A stretch of 64,000 bases of DNA from the NCBI GenBank assembly GCA_963833125.1, contig CAWHWX010000001.1, positions 288,001 through 352,000 on the forward strand, given 5' to 3'. A model generated the notes under the pieces. The model worked only from the letters and a program-made list of their open reading frames with translations, did no database searches and had not been told where the DNA came from. Of the stretch, positions 39,525 to 48,622 are shown one piece after another. Made by a program: the position numbers and the translations under genes. The DNA is from Candidatus Bathyarchaeota archaeon (GTDB taxonomy: Archaea > Thermoproteota > Bathyarchaeia > 40CM-2-53-6). The first letter of the stretch is position 1. Every line of letters begins with the position of its first letter.

Positions 39525-40196
39525 TTGAGTGTGAAGTGTCCGTCTTGCGGTAACGAGATGCCGGAAGGTAACAAGTTCTGTCCCAGTTGCGGTTTCAAGG
39601 TCGAAACCACACAACCCCAAGCAGCAAGCCCCGTCGGCTCCAGTTCAGTTTTCTCGGGTATGGAGTATATTATCGAGCAGAAGATTGCTGCATTGCGGGA
39701 TACGTTCGGCATTAAGGACAGAAACGGCAACTTGCTGGCTTACGTGAAGAAGAAACTCGTCAGTTGGGGGCCACAATTCTATTTCGAAACACCAGACGGA
39801 TCCACGTTGGGTGAGATGAAGGGTAAGGTACTAACGGTCAGGCCGACGTTCGAAATTTACAACCCCCAAGGACTTGTAGCAGTGGTCAAGAAGAAGGTCC
39901 TGAAGCTGCTAGGTTCGGAATGGTGGCTTGAAGATTCGACCGGGAAGGAGATTGCGAGAATTAATGGGAATATAACTGCGCATGAGTTTTCCATTCAAAG
40001 CCCATCAGGTAACACAATAGCCCAGATTCATAAGAAATGGGTGAGCATTCGTGATTCCTATGGCGTAGAAATACAGAGCCGAGAAATCGATCCGTATGTG
40101 ATTCTGGCTTATGCGATCGCCATGGACAACGCCGAATTCAAAGGTGCAAAGAAGGGCTTCGGCATTGGGTTCGGAGGCATACGAACCGACTTCTAA
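39525..40196 (+). CDS. Zinc-ribbon + LURP-one/scramblase (Tubby C-like) protein
   Basis: CPSCG..FCPSCG; HKKWVSIRDSYGVEI. Confidence 0.85.
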   Translation: MSVKCPSCGNEMPEGNKFCPSCGFKVETTQPQAASPVGSSSVFSGMEYIIEQKIAALRDTFGIKDRNGNLLAYVKKKLVSWGPQFYFETPDGSTLGEMKGKVLTVRPTFEIYNPQGLVAVVKKKVLKLLGSEWWLEDSTGKEIARINGNITAHEFSIQSPSGNTIAQIHKKWVSIRDSYGVEIQSREIDPYVILAYAIAMDNAEFKGAKKGFGIGFGGIRTDF

Positions 40197-40216
40197 CTGA
40201 AATGGTATACTTGGAG

Positions 40217-40248
40217 GTTCTCAAATGCCTGGTACATTGAGAACTTTT
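40217..40248 (+). terminator. Hairpin plus T-run between convergent genes
   Basis: GTTCTCAA...TTGAGAAC followed by TTTT. Confidence 0.35.
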
Positions 40249-40294
40249 CAGCGAGATTCAGAGTTTCTGTGGCAATTGTGCATTTCGGTCTTTC

Positions 40295-40314
40295 GCGTGT
40301 GGGTCTGGTGACTG
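40295..40314 (+). repeat. Degenerate copy of the repeat site
   Basis: GCGTGTGG-GTCTGG-TGACTG. Confidence 0.3.
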
Positions 40315-40337
40315 TTACCGGTACGGTTTCGTTTCAA

Positions 40338-41207
40338 TCATCCAATAATCGCGATCATGAGTAGGCCTGTGATCACGCAGGCGAGAGCGACCAGTTGAAG
40401 CCGATTCAACTTCTCACGAAGCAATATCACGGCGGCCGTCACTGTGACGAGCGGATAGGCACTGGATATTGGAGCAACAAGCGACACGAAGCCCATGCTA
40501 AGCGCAAATGTGAGAGCGAGTGTGCCAGAGACATTAAGGGCAAGGCCAGTCGCTCCGAAAACCCAAGCAGTCCATGACGGCTTCCCAACATTCGAATGTC
40601 CTTGTCCGCTTCGAAACCACATGTAGGCTAAGGGCACCGTGACTGCTGAGATTACGTAAAAGCCGAAAACATTTCCCACACCAATTTTGCTGACCGTAAT
40701 TTTTGCGGTCAGACTCCATAAACCCCAGAGTGCGAACGCCAACAGCGCGAAGAACAAGGATCTTCTCGGGATGGAATACCGTGAATGCGGATTCCGCTCG
40801 TAGGACAAAGCTACGATGCCACAGATTATAGCAGCAACTCCAACTAATTCCGCACCCGTCAGAGACTCTGAAAGGAACGCAAGCGCGCCGATGACAGTCA
40901 AGCTAGGATAGGCGGCTGATATGGTTCCCACGATTGCGACTTGACCGTCCACCACTGATTCTAAGAAGCAGATGTAAGCAGCTGTCCCGACAAAAGCTGA
41001 AGCCGCTGCAAGAGCACCGTATTCTAAGTCAACAACTGCGTTGTTGTGCCAAAAGAGGAAACCTGCAAAATACGCCATGCCCTCAATAACCACTACAAGC
41101 CCGGCTATGCGCGCTACTCCAAGCCTCGGAGTGCTTAGCTTGGCAAAGACATTACCGAAACCCCATAGAAACGCGGTCAGTATCGCAAAAACGAACCAGT
41201 ACTCCAT
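40338..41207 (-). CDS. EamA/DMT transporter
   Basis: Two EamA repeats; APISSAYP..LREKL. Confidence 0.9.
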   Translation of the reverse strand: MEYWFVFAILTAFLWGFGNVFAKLSTPRLGVARIAGLVVVIEGMAYFAGFLFWHNNAVVDLEYGALAAASAFVGTAAYICFLESVVDGQVAIVGTISAAYPSLTVIGALAFLSESLTGAELVGVAAIICGIVALSYERNPHSRYSIPRRSLFFALLAFALWGLWSLTAKITVSKIGVGNVFGFYVISAVTVPLAYMWFRSGQGHSNVGKPSWTAWVFGATGLALNVSGTLALTFALSMGFVSLVAPISSAYPLVTVTAAVILLREKLNRLQLVALACVITGLLMIAIIG

Positions 41208-41474
41208 GAAACCATACCGTCCGCGACTCGTTCCAGGCACACTCCACTCGGACTCCTTAGACTTTAGTGCTTCCGGCCGAGAGACTACTACCATCGTCGA
41301 TTTTCATTTGGAATCGGCTGGATCCTTCACTCCGTTGTTGCTGTTGGTGTAACTCAGCTGTTCTAAGGTTGTGAATTGTTATAGTCTAAGAGTAGAGTTT
41401 ACCAGCCGCTTACGTAAATACTGTAACGGCCAGTATCCTATACTTCTAACCTGCCGTAAAAGGAGCATTCACAT

Positions 41475-41530
41475 GTGTGTGGTATAGCTGGTGCGCGCAC
41501 ACACACACACTTATTGAAGGAACGACGATC
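41475..41530 (+). repeat. Repeat site (core TATAGC), palindromic type
   Basis: GTGTGTGG-TATAGC-TGGTGCGCGCACACACACACAC...GAACGACG. Confidence 0.9.
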
Positions 41531-41567
41531 CAAAATATGACGGAGCACGAGGTGCGTATTCGGTGAG

Positions 41568-42035
41568 TTATCGATGTCTTCTATAGTCCTTCTCTAGCGC
41601 GGCCGCATACTTTGTCCAGACGTCATGAATAGATTTCAGATAATCTGATTTCGACGGATAGTCTCCGATTTTCCATCGTTCAATAAACTTCATGTCCAGT
41701 CTAGTCTTCGCGGAACCGAGTTTCGATAATCTGTATTCTCCCTCTTCGTCATCTTCGTCTCCTCTGGAGTCTAGATGCCAGGACCTGGGTGGGTGTAGAG
41801 TGACTATGTTCACGGCGGTCCGGGTTTTTCCACCGCTCTTGTAGCGAATTGTATAGATCACTCTTTCTTTCGTCTTCTCGAGTATCTTCCTCCTGTTCCC
41901 TGAACCAGTTATCTTCGGGTCGGTGTCACGGAAGTCTGTACACCACCGGTAAGCGAATTTTAATGGCGCGTTGAGCACCTTGGTTGCATGGTAGGTTCTT
42001 ACGTCAGGTTTCTTCGCAGACACGTCGCAAGCCAC
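41568..42035 (-). CDS. SRPBCC-like hypothetical protein
   Basis: APLKFAYRWCTDF; C-terminal W..Y..ALE helix. Confidence 0.6.
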   Translation of the reverse strand: MACDVSAKKPDVRTYHATKVLNAPLKFAYRWCTDFRDTDPKITGSGNRRKILEKTKERVIYTIRYKSGGKTRTAVNIVTLHPPRSWHLDSRGDEDDEEGEYRLSKLGSAKTRLDMKFIERWKIGDYPSKSDYLKSIHDVWTKYAAALEKDYRRHR

Positions 42036-42121
42036 CGGTGTTAACCCGTTTCCGTTGTGTCGTTATAAATCGCTTACGGAATTTCCCATCCTCAAATCTT
42101 GGCAGACGTTGAGTTAGCTTA

Positions 42122-42228
42122 GTGTGTGCGTGGTATGCTGGTGCGCACACACACTTTTCTGACGACGAACGACGGTCCGATTTTGGACGCCCTCACCAGT
42201 GGATACACGCACAAAAGAAAAACGACGG
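42122..42228. repeat. Back-to-back repeat sites (direct core GTATGC; inverted core ATCCAC)
   Basis: TGTGCGTG-GTATGC-TGGTGCGCACACACACTTTTCTGACGACGAACGACGGTCC then CTCACCA-GTGGAT-ACACGCAC. Confidence 0.9.
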
Positions 42229-42288
42229 CAGTGGATCTCTAATACCGTAAGCAACTCTCAAATACTCCAATCATGCGAAGTCTGATTT

Positions 42289-42738
42289 ATGACGCAGAAG
42301 TCTGATGTTATCAACCTTCAACTACTAATTCGTAAATCTCCTGAATCGGTTCGTGCTTGGTGGACCGATCTTCCGGAAGACTATCAAGCGAAAGATCCGC
42401 GGGAACAGCCCTACCGAATCGTGACTACCCGTAGGTTATCAAACGGGCGCGAGCTTCGCACGTATTGGCGAATGCCGGATGGTTCAGCATTCGATTTCCA
42501 AGAGATACTGACTTTGAAACCGGATGGGAGTTGGACCTTTGAAATCCCAAACGGCATGGGCTTCCGCATACTCGACGAATTTCGAGCCGAATCAGTTCCA
42601 ACCGGAACTAAACTCACCATTCACAGTACTCTGACACCGCTAGACGCTTCCGCTGCCAGCCGTATTTCGGCACAGGAGGAGCTAATGGCCGAAGGTTGGA
42701 AGGGCGCGGCAGAAATTTGCGAACATGACTCACCTTGA
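42289..42738 (+). CDS. SRPBCC-like hypothetical protein
   Basis: SPESVRAWWTD, GTKLTI and GW. Confidence 0.6.
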   Translation: MTQKSDVINLQLLIRKSPESVRAWWTDLPEDYQAKDPREQPYRIVTTRRLSNGRELRTYWRMPDGSAFDFQEILTLKPDGSWTFEIPNGMGFRILDEFRAESVPTGTKLTIHSTLTPLDASAASRISAQEELMAEGWKGAAEICEHDSP

Positions 42739-42805
42739 TCAGCTATCAGTTAACATTAACAACAGGTTAATGACGCCGGCCACTTAGATCGACGCAATCG
42801 CGCTG

Positions 42806-43543
42806 ATGAGCTTGTCGAGTTCTTTACGCGCAAAGATTGTCGAAACAGGAAATCTCGATTTAGCGGTTCTATCTGAGATTTTCGGCCGCATTCCTTACGG
42901 AAGAGTGATATTAGCTCTGTATGATCCTGATAGCCAATTTAACTCATTGATGGTCAACGTCGCAGCTGAGCACCTGAAGATCGGGCGTGATCTCCTCTAT
43001 CTTGCCTCATCTAGGCCCACAGTCGAAGTCAGGCAGCAATTCAATGGTCTTGGAGTGAACGTGGCGGAATACGAGGCGAAAGATAATGCGGTTCTCTTTG
43101 ATGATTATTCCACGCAAATGGGCGTGAAGTCACCTGAGAGATATCACTCCACGACTTCGAATCTCAACGAACGGTCCATTACCATAGGTCAGTCGGCACC
43201 CCAATGGCCGGCGGGAACGTTGGTTATTGTAGAGTCCTTCTCGAGCATGGCGGTTAATGAGGAGAACGTCTTTGCGAAGTTCTCGAAACGGGCCGTGGGA
43301 GTATGGAGAGCTCGAGGAGCAGTCATGATAGTTGGTCTGGCAGTCGATATACATACGTTACAATTCTATCAGGAAATGAAACTGCTATGCGATGGAGTGT
43401 TCGAGGTAAGACTAGTTGAACATCACGCAGAGATGATCAATTCGATCAGGTCCAGGTCAATGAAGGGGCAGATGTCAGACTCCAGATGGCGACGGATTCT
43501 ATTCGACAATAAGATGAAAGCTTCACTCCAATTCCTCAAATAG
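42806..43543 (+). CDS. RAD55/KaiC-like RecA-fold protein lacking Walker A
   Basis: IPYGRVIL, LYDPDSQF, CDGVFEV and RSMKG. Confidence 0.75.
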   Translation: MSLSSSLRAKIVETGNLDLAVLSEIFGRIPYGRVILALYDPDSQFNSLMVNVAAEHLKIGRDLLYLASSRPTVEVRQQFNGLGVNVAEYEAKDNAVLFDDYSTQMGVKSPERYHSTTSNLNERSITIGQSAPQWPAGTLVIVESFSSMAVNEENVFAKFSKRAVGVWRARGAVMIVGLAVDIHTLQFYQEMKLLCDGVFEVRLVEHHAEMINSIRSRSMKGQMSDSRWRRILFDNKMKASLQFLK

Positions 43544-43571
43544 CGGAAAGAGCAATCTTACAAAGTTTTGC

Positions 43572-43631
43572 ACCGTCGTCGTTCGTTTTCATTTGTGTGT
43601 GGCATTAGTGGTGCGCACCCCACCAGAAAAT
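43572..43631 (+). repeat. Repeat site (core CATTAG)
   Basis: ACCGTCGTCGTTCGTTTTC...GTGTGTGG-CATTAG-TGGTGCGCAC. Confidence 0.9.
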
Positions 43632-43695
43632 GCTGAAACAATTCGTTCGGACTTTTCGAATGATGTACGTGATTTTATGTTTTCCTGTGTGCTCA

Positions 43696-44022
43696 TTATG
43701 GACGGGGTTGTTTTAGTTCAACGAATAAGACATGAGTGTTTGTCTCTCCGATATTTTCGCCGATATGCGATTGTTCATCGTTCCAGACGACTTCTCCTCC
43801 CTTAATATCCACAACTACAGACTTACCATTATCGAAAGTAAGTTTCCTCTTGAAAGCACTCAGCATATAGAGCACAGCGTCCGGGTGATGATGCAGCTTT
43901 GTCTTATCGCCAGGTTTGTCTTTGTAATCGATAACTCTTACACGGTCATTTTCGAAAATGACCTTATACTTATCCGGATCAGTTGTTACGGCGTGCGGTA
44001 AAATATTCCTTGCTGCTGACAT
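43696..44022 (-). CDS. Cupin-like protein
   Basis: FENDRVRV, HHHPD, HIGEN.G and VELK. Confidence 0.85.
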   Translation of the reverse strand: MSAARNILPHAVTTDPDKYKVIFENDRVRVIDYKDKPGDKTKLHHHPDAVLYMLSAFKRKLTFDNGKSVVVDIKGGEVVWNDEQSHIGENIGETNTHVLFVELKQPRP

Positions 44023-44113
44023 AACATAAAAAACCACATACGTACACTAAAACCTTTATTGAGTCCAAAGTGACGGCCTCGCATATCATCGGCTTTTTTT
44101 CGGTTGATTTTTA

Positions 44114-44147
44114 GTGTGTGTGGGTATGCTGGTGCGCACACACACAC
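44114..44147 (+). repeat. Repeat site (core GTATGC), palindromic type
   Basis: GTGTGTGTGG-GTATGC-TGGTGCGCACACACACAC. Confidence 0.92.
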
Positions 44148-44183
44148 GAAAACGGGATCGACGGTGGAACGATGGAGTCGTAG

Positions 44184-44732
44184 TTAGACTTGCCTTGGAT
44201 TAGAGGTTCTGCGTCGGATAATTCCGTACACGATTGCAGTTAGAAACACTAGGATGGCCAGACCGTATGGGTATTCTCCGATTGAGGATAAACATGTGGA
44301 AACAGTGGTCAGAGCGACGGTGGCGGTACTCGTGACGGTGGTTATCGCCTGCTCCAAGACATTCACGAAGCTCGACGCCAGAATAAGCCCGTCAGAGAAT
44401 TGAATCGTCTCTACACAATGTACCCCAATTGGGTATCCAGAAGTAGAGATTGCTATCGGACCAATGTTACCCGAATTGTCAACAAAGGCCTTGTCCGTAA
44501 AAATATTGTTTAGAACGGACCCTGTACAGACTCCGGCGATGTCCGACCAGACCCTAACCGCAACTTCATCAGGCGCCTGGATTGTGTATTCGCCGCCGGA
44601 GACTTGGAAGGTATCCCCTTGAATGACCGTGTTGGGGGTAACGTTGATCGTTTGGACGGCATATACCTTTCCAGCATTAAGAAAAACCAGAATGATTACG
44701 ACTAGGGCTATTGTGGCTTGATTTCTAACCAA
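44184..44732 (-). CDS. Surface protein with PEF-CTERM-like tail
   Basis: Signal peptide; Thr-rich linker; IGEYPYG-TM-RRR. Confidence 0.78.
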   Translation of the reverse strand: MVRNQATIALVVIILVFLNAGKVYAVQTINVTPNTVIQGDTFQVSGGEYTIQAPDEVAVRVWSDIAGVCTGSVLNNIFTDKAFVDNSGNIGPIAISTSGYPIGVHCVETIQFSDGLILASSFVNVLEQAITTVTSTATVALTTVSTCLSSIGEYPYGLAILVFLTAIVYGIIRRRTSNPRQV

Positions 44733-44894
44733 AAGCGAAAACCGAGCGAGCCGTCACCGACAGAGGCAATATAACACTTTTGCGTGATGAGGATCTTCTT
44801 GACTAATCTTGATTCCCATTTTTTCTTGATGGTGCTAACCAGCCTGTCCACAGACACAACAGAATCTGGTTTTTCATCGTCCTCTTTTGGTGTT

Positions 44895-44924
44895 GTGTGT
44901 GTGCACCAGCATACCCACACACAC
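44895..44924 (-). repeat. Repeat site (core GTATGC), inverted
   Basis: Reverse complement reads GTGTGTGTGG-GTATGC-TGGTGCACACACAC. Confidence 0.92.
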
Positions 44925-45055
44925 TTTTGCGCCGTATGAACGAAACAAGTTATTTGACTTGGGCCGAAAGGCGAACTTGAGAAGTGTCTAGGTGTATCGC
45001 ACAAGAACCTTAAACCCTACAATCACAGAATGGCGTTGGTTCAGGGAGTCGCGAT

Positions 45056-45911
45056 TTGAGGCATGCCATGATCGAGGTGCTGTTGACGATCGCCCTTTTC
45101 CTGTTTTTGATTAATGCTCGGCCTGCATATGCCTTTGCGACCCTAGTTCAACAAAGCAACTTCGGTTGTTCTTGCAATAGTGTTAGTGGCTCCCCTCCCA
45201 CACTGCGCATGTTTCTCTCCTTCTCTCCGGCACTGTGACGGCCGGGGACGTGTTGGTTGTCGGGTTGGCATTCTCTCATCTAGGGAGTCCTTTCCTCATT
45301 GCGTGTGGGTCTCCTATGGTGACGGTTGTCTGTGTGACGGATGCCCATGGCTCACAGTTCACGCAAGCCGTAGCGACGGGGGCGACGGGTAGTTCAGCTG
45401 TGCTCATTTATACGGCTACCATTCCACCGTGTGGAAGTTGCATCCCCTCAGATGAGTTTACTGTAACATTCTTGCGCGTCGCACTTTCATGGATGTGTAC
45501 GCGTATGAAGTGTCTGGCGTAAGCACCGTCGGCCTCGCAACCGGCACGGGTTCAGGGTCCGGAACGATTGTTTCCACATCACCGGTCAGCTTCACAGCGG
45601 GTGCCTTTCTTCTCGGATTCAATATCCATGATTCCGGTGCGTCGGTTACCGCTGGGTCGGGGTTTACACTCAACAATGACCTCCTCGGGATCTCAGCCGC
45701 CGAGTATGCTGACCCGGTCTCTTCGCCAACAACCTTCCCAGCCATCTTAAGCGGCAGCGTGAACTGGGCTGAGGCAGGAATAGCTTTGAATCCGGCACTT
45801 GTTCCTCCAATATCTGAGTATCCTGTGGGGCTACCCTTACTCGCTCTCCTAGCTACGGTCGCCTACGGTGTGGTAAGACGCAGAACTTGTGACAGTCCAA
45901 AGAAGATGTGA
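45056..45911 (+). CDS. Surface protein with PEF-CTERM-like tail (apparent frameshifts)
   Basis: Signal peptide in 45056 ORF; TAGDVLVV beta-sandwich; ISEYPVG-TM-RRR in 45489 ORF. Confidence 0.7.
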
Positions 45912-45931
45912 TGACTCATCCTTCAGTTCAA

Positions 45932-45955
45932 GTGTGTGTGGGTCTAATGGTGCGC
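45932..45955 (+). repeat. Repeat site (core GTCTAA)
   Basis: GTGTGTGTGG-GTCTAA-TGGTGCGC. Confidence 0.92.
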
Positions 45956-46043
45956 TTACCAACCGCGGAGAACTTACACAAGCGAAGCCTAGAGACTTTT
46001 CATCCTTTCACACACACAAAAATAATTGATTCTCTCGCAGAGT

Positions 46044-46991
46044 CTAGAACTGATATGTCGTACCGACGCTGTTTTGGATGAATGCGCCTGGTGCTGTCCG
46101 CATTATTTCATATACCGCTTTCAATCCTGTACAGTGGCATGGAACGAGGACGCGAGGCTTGAGCGCCGTTAGCTCTTCAATGGTCTTTGGGATTATCGGT
46201 TCAAAGATTCCTCCTGTCAGATGCATTCCGCCTATTACTGCATAGATTGTGTCTTGTCCAGTCAGATCTTTCGCATAATTGATTGTGTTAATGATTCCGG
46301 AATGACCGCAGCCTGTGATGACGACGAGCCCCTTGTCTTTCACATTTAAGACCAGAGCCTGGTCGTCTTGGATTAGGGGATCGTTTTCCATTTTTCCGTC
46401 GATTTCCGCGTAATGAATTGGGAACCCCTTCTCGAATTCATTGATCCTCGGAATTTCCCCTGTGACAAGAATTCTACCATCCAACCGCGGGCTGGGACCA
46501 CTGTCTTCTACGATTTCGTAACCCGCATCTGTCAAGAGCGCCTTGCTTGGAGGGGGAAGCGGCAACGTTCTTCCATCGGGGAATTTTACCATCCTGTTCC
46601 TGAAAGCGTACGGGTGCAAGAGTAACGGCATCTTTCTCGCAGCCGGCATCTTTCGCTTTATGTTTAGAAGTCCACCTGCATGGTCTATGTGGCCGTGGCT
46701 TGAAACAACTGTTTCACAATGGGATAAGTCGAAATCGAGGGCTTCTACGTTATGTACGACGGCAAAGGGGTCTAGTCCGGAATCGAATAGAAGACTACGT
46801 TTCCTTCCGTCGAGTTCCAGAGTGACAAGCGCTGAAAAGCCATGCTCTGCAATCAGCGGCCTTTCAAACCAATCATTTCCCATCATTTTGGGTCTCTTAG
46901 CCACATCGGTTGTTGCGAGTAGAACATCGACCGTGTTGTCCACTAAGCAGGTGACCTCTGCTTTTTCTACTTCTTTCAGGCTAACTGGCAT
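46044..46991 (-). CDS. MBL-fold metallohydrolase (dihydropterin synthase-like subfamily)
   Basis: AEHGFS, FDSG, SHGHIDHAGG, GCGHSG, GGMHL and PCHCTG; start set at ATG 46991. Confidence 0.9.
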   Translation of the reverse strand: MPVSLKEVEKAEVTCLVDNTVDVLLATTDVAKRPKMMGNDWFERPLIAEHGFSALVTLELDGRKRSLLFDSGLDPFAVVHNVEALDFDLSHCETVVSSHGHIDHAGGLLNIKRKMPAARKMPLLLHPYAFRNRMVKFPDGRTLPLPPPSKALLTDAGYEIVEDSGPSPRLDGRILVTGEIPRINEFEKGFPIHYAEIDGKMENDPLIQDDQALVLNVKDKGLVVITGCGHSGIINTINYAKDLTGQDTIYAVIGGMHLTGGIFEPIIPKTIEELTALKPRVLVPCHCTGLKAVYEIMRTAPGAFIQNSVGTTYQF

Positions 46992-47027
46992 GACTAAAAT
47001 TAGCGTAGAATGATTAATTTGATTTTT

Positions 47028-47073
47028 GTGTGTGTGTGGGTCTAATGGTGCGAGCGAGGCAAATTCAACCGTC
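47028..47073 (+). repeat. Repeat site (core GTCTAA) with tRNA-like right arm
   Basis: GTGTGTGTGTGG-GTCTAA-TGGTGCGAGCGAGGCAAATTCAACCGTC. Confidence 0.92.
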
Positions 47074-47213
47074 AATAAATTACGAAACTTTCGTGCAAAG
47101 ACTCCTTGCGATTTATTTAATTAGAATGAGAGACCAAAATGGAACGTTAGTGCGAACATGTCCTTCGGAAAATTATGACTCCCAGGTTGCCTAAAATAGA
47201 TGATGCGCAGGGA

Positions 47214-47591
47214 TCAAATTCTCTTGAGTTGGGCCAGCGTCTTCTCGTTCTTCAAGTTACCGGTGTTCAAGGTTGATTTCGGTTCTATCAAAACAACGTG
47301 AACCTCTTCATCGGCAACTGGCTTATGCTCAACTCCTTTCGGAATTACGATGAACTCACCCTCATCTAACCAAATATCTTTGTTTCTTAGTTTGATCAGC
47401 AGTTTCCCTTTCTTCACAAGGAATAACTCGTCCTCGTACTCGTGTTTGTGCCATACGAATTCGCCTTTCAGTTTGGCAACTTTAACGTAAGAATCGTTGA
47501 GTTCGCCTACGATGCGTGGTGCCCAATATTCGTTGAATAGCGCAAATTTTTGATCTATGTTTACTTTCCCAAGGTTAGGGTGTTCTCCCAA
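47214..47591 (-). CDS. Cupin domain protein
   Basis: KLKGEFVWHKHEYEDELF and PKGVEHKP. Confidence 0.9.
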   Translation of the reverse strand: MGEHPNLGKVNIDQKFALFNEYWAPRIVGELNDSYVKVAKLKGEFVWHKHEYEDELFLVKKGKLLIKLRNKDIWLDEGEFIVIPKGVEHKPVADEEVHVVLIEPKSTLNTGNLKNEKTLAQLKRI

Positions 47592-47606
47592 AAGTTAGAC
47601 CTAGCT

Positions 47607-48479
47607 TTATTGTTTCTTTTCTGTCCAGTCGTAGAATCCTTTCCCGGTCTTCCTTCCGAGTAGGTTTGCGCGCACCATTTGTTTGAGTAGGGTGCTCGGG
47701 CGGAATTTTGGATCCCCAGTCTCGTTCACCATCACATCCGTGATGAAGAGGTGTGTGTCAGCGCCAACGTAGTCAACTAGTCTCAGTGGGCCCATCGGCC
47801 AGTTCAATCCCAAGGTAATTGCTTTGTCAATATCCTCTGGATCTGCAACCCCTTCTGCGACAAGGAATACAGCCTCGTTAAGGGCTGGTACTAGAATCCG
47901 GTTTACAATGAAACCAGGCGTATCCTTCTTGACTAGCACTGACTCTTTCCCGAGTTTAGTAGAAACTTGTTTGATTGTCTCCACCGTCTCATTTGAGGTC
48001 TTCAGACCGCGGACAATCTCGATCAATCGCATTAATTGTGGGGGGTTGAAGAAATGCATCCCGCAAACCTTCTCAGCCCTCTTTGTAGCAGCTCCGATCT
48101 CGGTAATACTGATCGAAGATGTGTTAGATGCGATGATTGCGTGTGGGGGAGCATACTTGTCAGCCTCTGCAAGAACAGCTTTCTTAATCGGCGGATTCTC
48201 AGTGACCGCCTCGATAACTAGATCCACGTTCTGAACAGCCTCTTTGAGGTCCAAGGTGGGGTGAATTCTGTTGAGAATTTCTTTCGATTCGGCTTCGCTT
48301 ATGGTTCCTTTCTTGACGAAACGTTGAAGGCTGTCTTTGATCATCTTCATGCCATTATCGATGAATTGTTGCTCGATATCCCGCATGCTAACATCGAATT
48401 TGCCGGTTTGAGCGCAGACCTGAGTTATGCCATGACCCATTAAACCGGCACCCAAGACACATACTCGCTTCACTTCCAT
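47607..48479 (-). CDS. hbd: 3-hydroxybutyryl-CoA dehydrogenase
   Basis: GAGLMGHGI, SNTSS, GMHFFNP, PGFIVNR, PMGP and GRKTGKGFY. Confidence 0.9.
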   Translation of the reverse strand: MEVKRVCVLGAGLMGHGITQVCAQTGKFDVSMRDIEQQFIDNGMKMIKDSLQRFVKKGTISEAESKEILNRIHPTLDLKEAVQNVDLVIEAVTENPPIKKAVLAEADKYAPPHAIIASNTSSISITEIGAATKRAEKVCGMHFFNPPQLMRLIEIVRGLKTSNETVETIKQVSTKLGKESVLVKKDTPGFIVNRILVPALNEAVFLVAEGVADPEDIDKAITLGLNWPMGPLRLVDYVGADTHLFITDVMVNETGDPKFRPSTLLKQMVRANLLGRKTGKGFYDWTEKKQ

Positions 48480-48622
48480 ATTGAATCAACGACACATAGT
48501 CCGTTTTTCAAGCGAGATATGCTTTCCCATACAGCAGACCTTGGTCTAGAACTCGTAGCGGACGCTTCGCCCATGGTCTATCTGTCACCGGTGGTAGTCA
48601 ACACAGACGACTGAGTCTATTT

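Noticed and set aside
41498-41510. Simple (AC)n microsatellites
   Set aside because: The tracts occur almost only as arms of the larger structured site.
44114-44147. Single chromosomal dif site
   Set aside because: The 11-6-11 shape fits, but there are many copies and the arms lack the TTA-TAA inner motif typical of dif.
32952-47073. Canonical integron attC array
   Set aside because: No RYYYAAC/GTTRRRY boxes, mixed gene and site orientations, and no intI in the window.
46992-47075. N-terminal extension of the MBL ORF, and ORFs 32831-33037, 33498-33716, 43593-43805, 44708-45004 and 61727-61909
   Set aside because: They translate the repeat sites (HTH/VCV runs) and show no protein features.
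26088-48479. IS element, provirus or recombinase explaining the accessory region
   Set aside because: No transposase, integrase, resolvase or viral structural motif recognised in any ORF.
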